Origin: Basidiobolus meristosporus CBS 931.73 | Lineage: Eukaryota; Fungi; Basidiobolomycota | DNA length: 49,838 nucleotides | Direction: 5' to 3' | Assembly: GCA_002104905.1 (NCBI GenBank) | Contig: MCFE01000650.1 | Location: 1-49,838 of the forward strand | Shown here: positions 1 to 7,564 of the stretch, one piece after another | Layout: each line of letters opens with the position of its first letter | Position numbering within the stretch: the first letter of the stretch is position 1 | Program-made: the position numbers and the translations under genes | Notes under the pieces: generated by a model | The model's database searches: none | What the model saw: only the letters and a program-made list of their open reading frames with translations | Told to the model about the DNA's origin: nothing

Positions 1-934
1 ATGTTATATTTGAGGAGAACTCAGACCAGAAAGCAACAGAAGTCACTGGCCAGCTGCATGATGATGCAATCTATACTAATGAACAAGATACATACCAAAT
101 TCAGCCAGATACAGAAGATAATTCTACCAGTTCCAGATCAGAGCAGATTATCCCAGTTAGGAGACTGACCACAATAAGAAATGCCCCTGGATCCTGGTGG
201 CAGTCATCCAATAATTGTGAAAAAGCTTATCTCGCCTTATATGCCAAACCTCAAAATCTGCAGTATTGTAGCACTGTATATCACAATAGAAATGCAAAAC
301 AGCTCAAAAATGGTGTGATCATGCTAGTTCTGTATGTGTACACTCTAAAAATAGCTACACGTTACCAGGAGGCACTTCAACCAATGAAGTCAGATTGCTT
401 CAGCAAGTTTGAGATGAAAGGTCTAGGGAAACTGAGCTATTTTCTTGGGATTGAAGTGAATTTTGACATACCAACCCAAAAAATTGTGCTGAATCAGTCT
501 GAGTACATCAGGGACATTCTTTGATGCTTCAAAATGGATAATTGCAAGCCTGCAGCTACCCCTATGGACAATAATATAAAATCAAGCAAATCTCATCCAA
601 TTTTAGGTGAATATGGCTCAAATTTGGACCAAAACTTTCCCTATAAAGCAATGGCTGGTATCATGATGTAATTGATGGTGTCTACACATTGTGATATTGC
701 AGTGGCAGTTGGAATATTCAGTCAATTCATGCAGAATTATGGATCAGATCAAATTTCAGCAGTTAAGTGGATTTTCAGATATTTACAAGGTACCATAAAT
801 AGAGTACTGGAATACTCTGGAGCAGCTAATAGGCAAAGGTTTGATAGTTATAGTGATTCAACTTGAGCTAGAGCTCTGATTGACAGACACTCTACCACAG
901 GGTATGTATTTCTCTATGCTGTTGCAGCTATTAC
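1..934 (+). pseudogene. pol: Degenerate Ty1/copia (family Cp1) RT/RNase H region, 5' part; interrupted at 934 by gypsy G1
   Basis: Copia RT-like peptides FSKFEMKGLGKLSYFLGIEV (315-524) and AVKWIFRYLQGT (672-866), with stops and frameshifts. The frame V-A-A-I-T runs up to the G1 insertion and resumes at 6824. Confidence 0.85.
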
Positions 935-1007
935 TGTCATGATCACATGACAACCATGAACACCCATGCCAAGTTTCAGCTTCCTAGCTCAATTTCTAAG
1001 AGATACC

Positions 1008-1125
1008 TTCTGGAACCTTCTACCACCTTCCAGAAAGTTCCTGACCATTCCAAACCATTGTTACACAATGGAACATTCCATGGAAGCTTTCCATTGTATT
1101 TTTCATAGTCCAGTACCATATATGG
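1008..1125 (+). promoter_or_regulatory. G1 U3 motif cluster: two perfect 3-unit heat-shock elements and a CArG box
   Basis: TTCtgGAAccTTC at 1008-1020, TTCcaGAAagTTC at 1028-1040 and CCATATATGG at 1116-1125. These are motif matches only; function is inferred. Confidence 0.55.
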
Positions 1126-1282
1126 AAATACCAGGTCACATGATCATGTGACCCAATCCAGTTCCCCATCCTGTCTCAGTGCCGTGTCATCTATCTCATT
1201 ATCCCCAGCACCATTGCTGTGCCTCACCCCACAACCCCATTAGTATTAGCTAATATATCTTGGCATCATTATAGCCAAAAAG

Positions 1283-1327
1283 TATATAGAGTCCTACCCC
1301 CCCTTAAGTATTCCTCAGTCTGATAAA
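1283..1327 (+). promoter_or_regulatory. G1 TATA box and inferred transcription start / self-primer
   Basis: TATATA at 1283-1288 lies ~30 bp upstream of AGTCTGATAAA (1317-1327), which is complementary to the PBS. Confidence 0.65.
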
Positions 1328-1444
1328 CACAGGTCTTGAATAAACAGCCTTGCCTTGAATCCTGCCTTGCCTTGATGGTCCACACCTAAGTCCTTTCCTG
1401 CCATGCCTAGCTTTTCCTCCTGCCTTGTGTCTATTCATTACAGT

Positions 1445-1455
1445 TTTATCAGACT
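1445..1455 (+). other. Self-priming primer-binding site (Tf1 type)
   Basis: TTTATCAGACT starts 2 nt after the 5' LTR and is the exact reverse complement of 1317-1327. There is no TGG tRNA-type PBS here. Confidence 0.8.
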
Positions 1456-1848
1456 CTCCTGACTTACCTGTGGATCCCTGCCTTCTGCCCAAAGTTTGAA
1501 GAAAACTTGTAAAAGGAATACTCACTGTAAGTATCACCCATCATCTTTCCCTAGTCTTGTCCTATAAAGGCAAAGATACTTTATCTTTGTAAAACTATTG
1601 GTCAAAGCTGCATTCACTTTATTACCCTGCTGGTAGAGCTTACAGTTGTTACAGTATTGGAAGCTTTAGTACAATACTCTATCAAAGGACGTTGAAACCA
1701 GTACCTTCTGAAGTGACACTAACTTATTTAAGTTGGGGATTGTGGCTCAATAGTTGTATTCTTGACATACTAGTGGCTTTACAAACCCACAATCTAGTTT
1801 AGTATATTCCAGTATTCCTTGCAAGTTCATCCACCTTCCTCTGCTACC

Positions 1849-2781
1849 ATGTCCAACCTAGAGCTGAACTTTGCCCAGCTCATGGCTGCCTTTACCCAAC
1901 TGCAACAAGACCATGCAGACCTCAGAAACACTCTTGCTCAGTTCCAGAACCAAAGTGTCCAGCAGACTAGCCATGTCCCAGTCTACCAAGAAGCCAAGTA
2001 TACTCCTGCTACCAAGTTCAATGGCTCTCAGAATGAATTCCGTGGCTTCATCAACATGGTGAAGAACAATCTTGCACTCCAGCCCAACCAGTACCCCACT
2101 GACCAGGCCAAAGTTGGTTTCATCTCCAACCTGCTTACTGGTACAGCTCTCAAGTGGTTCTCCCCATTAGTGGAGACCAACTCTCCCCTCCTCTGAGACT
2201 ACCAAGCTTTTCTCACTGAGATGGAGCTAACATTTGGTAACCTTGACCAAGCCAGAACTGCTGCCAACAAGATCAAGACCCTCAAGCAAGGGAACAAACC
2301 AGCATCAGTCTATGCCTCAGAATTCCGACAACTCTTCAGTGACCTCAGCTCCTGGGGTCAAGCAGCCTTGATTAGCCAATTCCAAGATGGCCTCAATGAT
2401 GAAGTTTGTGATCTGCTACTCACACTCCCAGATCCAGATACATTGGTTGAAGCTATGCACCAAGCAATCCGGTGTGATAACAGACTATTCCAGAAGAAGC
2501 AAAAGAACCGTCAAAGACACATTCCTGTTACAGTCCCAGCCCCTCCTGCTCCCCAAGTCACTCCAGAAGATCCTATGCAGATTGATAGTGCCAAATACAA
2601 GAAACTATCAAAGAGTGAAAAGTCCAGACGTCAACAAGCCAACCTCTGTCTATACTGTGGCCAACCAGGTCACTTTGCCAAGTCCTGCCCCAACAAGAAG
2701 TCCAGCTTCAAGCTGATGCTGTCCTCCAGCAACCAACCTGATTCAGATCTGTTGGGAAACTCCAATGTCCAGTTGCACTGA
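1849..2781 (+). pseudogene. gag: G1 Gag with one in-frame TGA (2194-2196)
   Basis: ORFs 1819-2196 and 2221-2781 share a frame. Retrotransposon gag-like core (FNGSQNEFRGF...LLTGTALKWF) and CCHC knuckle CLYCGQPGHFAKSC. Confidence 0.92.
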
Positions 2782-2874
2782 CAGGCTTGCAACTGGACCC
2801 ACCCATGAAAATCCAGCATATCCAAGAATCTTCCTTTGCCGCAAAATCTATCCAGTCCTTGAGAATGCCTGTCA
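2754..2874 (+). other. Putative -1 ribosomal frameshift signal: slippery G GGA AAC plus hairpin/pseudoknot
   Basis: GGGAAAC at 2754-2760 is in the gag frame, and a -1 shift enters the pol frame. A 6-nt spacer precedes an 11-bp stem (2767-2777/2788-2798). The loop TGACAGGC is complementary to GCCTGTCA at 2867-2874. Confidence 0.75.
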
Positions 2875-5800
2875 AAATCCAGATCCCTGACTCCAGTCCT
2901 CTACCAGCCCTAGCCCTGATTGATTCCGGTGCTTCATCCTGTTTCATTGACCAAGCCTTTGTCCAGAAGCACTCTATTCCTGTTACCTTGAAGTCCTGTC
3001 CAGTCCAAGTAGAAGTTATTGATGGAAGATCACTCTCCTCTGGTGCCGTTACCCATGAAACATGCTTACTCCAGCTGTCCAGTACTGCTCACCCAGAAAG
3101 AATTGCCTTCAACATCATCAACTCACCACACTATCCTATTGTGCTTGAAAGCTCATGGCTGAGCTACCACAATCCAAGTATTGATTGGAAATCCAAGATC
3201 CTGTCATTCACCAGATCCCACCAAGTCAACTCCATGAAATCTCTAGACCCTGATAGCCGTGAAAAGACTGTTGCCAACAGTTCAACAGCCCAAGATACCT
3301 TGCCAGCTGAAGGAGCCCCCTCAGCAAACATACCAGCCAAGTACCAAGAGTTTGCCCATGTCTTTGACAAGAAGAAAGCAGAACTCCTCCCTGACCATTG
3401 GCCTTATGACTGCCCTATTGACCTTGAAGATGGAAAAGTCCCTCCATTAGGCCCAATATGTAACCTCTCCCAGCCGGAGTTGAAAGAACTCCATGGTTAT
3501 ATTGAAGAAAACCTCCAGAAGGGTTTTATTCAGCACTCCAAATCACCTGCTGGAGCCCCAATCCTCTTTGTCAAGAAGAAGGATGGCACACTCAGAATGT
3601 GTGTGGACTACCATGCTTTGAATAAGATCACAGTCAAGAACCGCTACCCCCTGCCCCTGATCAACACACTGTTGGATCAGCTATCTGCTGCCCAAGTCTT
3701 CACCAAGATTGACTTGAGAGGAGCTTACAATCTTGTCAGAATCAAGCCCGGTGATGAATGGAAAACTGCCTTTTGCACAAGATATGGTCACTTTGAGTAC
3801 AAAGTAATGCCATTTGGCCTCACCAATGCCCCTGATGTGTATCAACACCTCATGAATGACATATTCCGTGAATACCTTGACCAGTTTGTGGTAATCTACC
3901 GTGATGATATTCTCATATACTCCAAGAGCCAAGATGAACATGATGAACTTGTCAAGAAACTATTGAGAAAACTAGACTCTGCTGGTCTCTATGCCAAGCT
4001 AGAGAAGTGTGAATTTGACCAGAGAGAAGTGGAATTTCTTGGTTATCTCATCAGCCTTGAGGGAACAAGAATGAACCCAAAGAAAGTTGACTCAGTCCAA
4101 TCCTGGAAAACTCCAAGCTCAGTCAAGGAAGTACAATCCTTCCTGGGATTTGCCAACTTCTATTGCAGGTTCATAGCCAACTACTCCAAGATAGTCACCC
4201 CTCTGACAAAGCTTACCCAAACAAACACACCTTTTGCCTGGAATGAGGAGCAATCCGGCTCATTCAACCAACTCAAGATATCTTTCCTGAAGCCCCACCT
4301 GCTTGCCCACCCTGACCTTGAGAAGCAATTCATAGTGGAGACTGATGCTTCTGATTTTGCCCTTGGTGCCATACTCTCCCAGTATGATGAGGACAATGTG
4401 TTGCACCCCATTGCATTCTACTCTCAGAAGTTTTCCCCCACAGAGATCAACTATGATATCTATGATAAGGAGTTGCTTGCCATCATTGTAGCCTTTGGGC
4501 AATGGAGACACTACCTGGACGGTGCAAAACACAAAATCAAAGTCTTCTGTGACCATAAGAACCTTGAGTACTTTGCAACTTCCAAAGTACTAAACCGGAG
4601 ACAAGCCAGATGGTCACTCTTCCTGTCCAGCTTTGACTTTACTATCACCTATAGACCTGGTGCACAGCAAGGAAAGCCTGATGCCCTGTCCAGAAAAAAG
4701 GAATATGCCCTGGAAGAGGGAGATGATGCCTGTTGGCAAATGGAACACCCACTGCTGAGCAAGAAACATTTTGAGAATCTTGCCACCCAGTCCTCAAGTC
4801 TTGTCATCCCTTCATTCCTAGTAAGGATATCAGAATCCCAAGCCTCTGATATGACTTCCAGCACCATCAAGAAATATCTGGAATCCCCAGTTGGGCCCCC
4901 TCCCCAGTTCCCAAACATCCAGAACCTGCATTTGGTAAACAACCTCATCTACCACAAGCAGCAGCTTTATGTCCCAGACCTTGCCACCCAGCTAGACATC
5001 ATTAAGTCTTGGCATGATTCAATGGCTGCAGGCCACTTTGGTACTGCCAAAACCTTGAATGCTATCAAAAGAGATCTCTGGTGGCCTAGAATGATAACTC
5101 TTATCAAAGAGTACATTCTGACTTGTGATATTTGCAACCGTGCAAAACCAGCCAGACACCAGCCCTATGGACTTCTTCAGCCCTTGCCTATCCCAGAACA
5201 CCAATGGAGATCTATATCTATGGACTTCATTACTGACCTCCCTGAGTCATGTGGCTTCAATGCTTTACTTGTAGTGGCTGACCAGCTGACCAAGATGGCT
5301 CACTTTATCCCTTGCTGTAAGAACACTGATGCAAAAGAAACTGCTGCATTAGTCCTGAAGAATATTTTCTGCCTTCATGGTATCCACAGTGATATTGTGT
5401 CAGATAGAGGCCCACAGTTTGTGTCCAAGTTTTGGAAACACTTCATGCAATACCTTGGTGTTCAAGTCAAGCTCTCTACTGCCTTCCATCCACAGTCTAA
5501 TGGCCAGACTGAAAGAATCAACCAGATTCTAGAGCAATACCTCTGGTGCTATATCAATTACCAGCAAGATAATTGGGTTGATCTACTCCCTGTTGCTGAG
5601 TTTGCCTACAATAACTCAAGCCATAGTGCAACCGGTTTTACACCATTCTATGCAAACTATGGATTCCACCCTCAGTTTGATATCCAGATTCCAACAAACC
5701 CAATGAGTCCACATGCAGCTGAACATGCCCGAGCAATCCAGGACATCCAGAATACCCTCAAGGAAGAACTATCCTTAGCTCAGGAAAGCTACAAGAAATT

Positions 5801-6302
5801 TGCCAATCTAAAACGGCATCCCAGCCCTGATCTTAATGAAGGAGATTCTGTACGGCTGCTCAGAAGAAACATCAGCACCAACTGCCCTTGTGACAAATTG
5901 GATTTCAAGAAACTTGATTCTTTCAAGATCAAGAAGAAGCTTAGCCCTATAGTATATCAGCTACAGTTACCAGCAAGTATGAAAATCTATGATACTTTCC
6001 ATGTGTCCCTCCTGGAGCCGTATTGTAGGAACACCTTGCCAAACCGGCAAGAAGCAAAGCCCCAAGCTATCCAAGTTGACCAACATCAAGAATTTGAAGT
6101 CAAACAGATTCTAGACTCTAAGTGTATCCAGTCAAATCTGTACTACTTAGTAGACTGGATTGGTTATGGCCCATGTGACCAAACATGGGAACCAGCTACC
6201 CATCTCACTAATTGTCAAGAACTAGTTATCCAGTTCCACCAACAATATCCTGCAAAACCTGCCCCAAAGGGAAAAAGAGCTTTGCCTGGAAGAGGAGAAT
6301 AG
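2787..6302 (+). CDS. pol: G1 Pol polyprotein: protease, RT, RNase H, integrase, chromodomain (open frame, probably inactive)
   Basis: 1171-aa ORF with ALIDSGAS (PR), VIYRDDIL (RT, YxDD), ETDASDFALG (RH), GHFG...CDIC, SDRGPQF and ERINQ (IN), and FEVKQILD...YYLVDWIGY...TWEP (chromodomain). Confidence 0.95.
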   Translation: MQLDPPMKIQHIQESSFAAKSIQSLRMPVKIQIPDSSPLPALALIDSGASSCFIDQAFVQKHSIPVTLKSCPVQVEVIDGRSLSSGAVTHETCLLQLSSTAHPERIAFNIINSPHYPIVLESSWLSYHNPSIDWKSKILSFTRSHQVNSMKSLDPDSREKTVANSSTAQDTLPAEGAPSANIPAKYQEFAHVFDKKKAELLPDHWPYDCPIDLEDGKVPPLGPICNLSQPELKELHGYIEENLQKGFIQHSKSPAGAPILFVKKKDGTLRMCVDYHALNKITVKNRYPLPLINTLLDQLSAAQVFTKIDLRGAYNLVRIKPGDEWKTAFCTRYGHFEYKVMPFGLTNAPDVYQHLMNDIFREYLDQFVVIYRDDILIYSKSQDEHDELVKKLLRKLDSAGLYAKLEKCEFDQREVEFLGYLISLEGTRMNPKKVDSVQSWKTPSSVKEVQSFLGFANFYCRFIANYSKIVTPLTKLTQTNTPFAWNEEQSGSFNQLKISFLKPHLLAHPDLEKQFIVETDASDFALGAILSQYDEDNVLHPIAFYSQKFSPTEINYDIYDKELLAIIVAFGQWRHYLDGAKHKIKVFCDHKNLEYFATSKVLNRRQARWSLFLSSFDFTITYRPGAQQGKPDALSRKKEYALEEGDDACWQMEHPLLSKKHFENLATQSSSLVIPSFLVRISESQASDMTSSTIKKYLESPVGPPPQFPNIQNLHLVNNLIYHKQQLYVPDLATQLDIIKSWHDSMAAGHFGTAKTLNAIKRDLWWPRMITLIKEYILTCDICNRAKPARHQPYGLLQPLPIPEHQWRSISMDFITDLPESCGFNALLVVADQLTKMAHFIPCCKNTDAKETAALVLKNIFCLHGIHSDIVSDRGPQFVSKFWKHFMQYLGVQVKLSTAFHPQSNGQTERINQILEQYLWCYINYQQDNWVDLLPVAEFAYNNSSHSATGFTPFYANYGFHPQFDIQIPTNPMSPHAAEHARAIQDIQNTLKEELSLAQESYKKFANLKRHPSPDLNEGDSVRLLRRNISTNCPCDKLDFKKLDSFKIKKKLSPIVYQLQLPASMKIYDTFHVSLLEPYCRNTLPNRQEAKPQAIQVDQHQEFEVKQILDSKCIQSNLYYLVDWIGYGPCDQTWEPATHLTNCQELVIQFHQQYPAKPAPKGKRALPGRGE
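6288..6302 (+). other. G1 polypurine tract
   Basis: GGAAGAGGAGAATAG lies immediately before the TG of the 3' LTR and overlaps the pol stop codon. Confidence 0.85.
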
Positions 6303-6823
6303 TGTCATGATCACATGACAACCATGAACACCCATGCCAAGTTTCAGCTTCCTAGCTCAATTTCTAAGAGATACCTTCTGGAACCTTCTACAACCTTCCA
6401 GAAAGTTCCTGACCATTCCAAGCCATTGTTTCACAATGGAACATTCCATGGAAGCTTTCCATTGTATTTTTCATAGTCCAGTACCATATATGGAAGTACC
6501 AGGTCACATGACTTAGTCACTTGATCAGGTGACCCAATCCATTTCCCCATCCTGTCTCAGTGCCGTGTCATCTATGTCATTATCCCCAGCACCATTGCTG
6601 TGCCTCACCCCACAACCCCATTAGTATTAGCTAATATCTCTTGGCATCAGTATAGCCAAAAAGTATATATAGTCCTACCCCCCCTTAAGTATTCCTCAGT
6701 CTGATAAACACAGGTCTTGAATAAACAGCCTTGCCTTGAATCCTGCCTTGCCTTGATGGTCCACACCTAAGTCCTTTCCTGCCATGCCTAGCTTATCCTC
6801 CTGCCTTGTGTCTATTCATAACA
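6303..6823 (+). repeat. G1 3' LTR (521 bp)
   Basis: Direct repeat of 935-1442, followed by the TSD ATTAC. Confidence 0.97.
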
Positions 6824-7500
6824 ATTACTTGGAATTGCAAGAAACAGCTAACTGTGGCCCTATCTTCAACTAAAGCTGAATATATTGCTGCTTGCCAAGC
6901 AACTAAGGATGCTATATTGCTACAGAAGTTATTTAAACACTTAGGCTTTGATTCAGATGAACCAACATGTAATCACAAAGATAATCAAGGTGGTGATTCA
7001 TTAGCTAGGAATCTTACTAAATATATAGATATAGAACACCACTTTGTGAACAAAGCTGTAGAAAGTCACCTAGTAGAGTTAGCATACTGTCCAACTGATA
7101 AGATGGTGGCAGGTATAATGACACAACCACTAGCTAGACCATAATGTGAGAATCTCAGAGAGGAATTAGAATTAAGAAATTATTTAGTGGAGGGAGAATG
7201 CTGAAATATTAGACCATTTGGTATCATTCAGCAGCTAAAAGCTTACTTAACAGTTCTAGACTAGTCTTGGTCACTGTAGGACTAACTTGAAGCCCCAACT
7301 TTGTCAATTTTTTCACATCTATAATCCTATGACTACGCTCCTACAGTGATGATCAGATTAACACTTTTTAGCAAACACTATGTACTAGCCCTGAAACTGT
7401 TATAGAATGCTCCTGAATGTTACAAAACCCTCCTTACTTAGTGTTACAGCTGTATTACTTACACCAAGGTAAAAATACTTATCCTTTTTACAAATCAACA
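6824..7500 (+). mobile_element. Copia Cp1 3' part: RNase H, PPT and probable 3' LTR (7199 to ~7500)
   Basis: TWNCKKQLTVALSSTKAEYIAA...YIDIEHHFV...YCPTDKMVAG is copia RNase H-like. GGAGGGAGAA precedes TGCTGA at 7199. The candidate LTR end TCAACA at 7500 is uncertain. Confidence 0.75.
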
Positions 7501-7564
7501 ATAGTTTAATTATTATCACTATATCTTGATATGATCATTATATACAAATTGCTTCATAAATTGC

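Larger units (their letters stand above)
935..1442 (+). repeat. G1 5' LTR (508 bp)
   Basis: Direct repeat of 6303-6823, differing by about 12 substitutions and one 13-bp indel (counted by eye). TG...CA ends. Confidence 0.97.
935..6823 (+). mobile_element. Full-length Ty3/gypsy chromovirus (Tf1/sushi-like, family G1)
   Basis: LTRs at 935-1442 and 6303-6823 (TGTCATGA...TCAT(T/A)ACA). The 5-bp TSD ATTAC is at 930-934 and 6824-6828. Domain order is gag-PR-RT-RH-IN-chromodomain, and the PPT abuts the 3' LTR. Confidence 0.97.

Noticed and set aside
966-1151. 61-aa ORF repeated at 6334-6516
   Set aside because: It lies wholly inside the two G1 LTRs, so the repetition reflects LTR identity rather than a gene.
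3829-3912. RT motif YRDD as a novel catalytic variant
   Set aside because: One substitution from YLDD in a copy with many other missense changes; decay is the simpler explanation.
3164-5204. Several antisense ORFs over G1 pol, and similar ones over G2
   Set aside because: Short shadows of the sense frame with no recognisable motifs.
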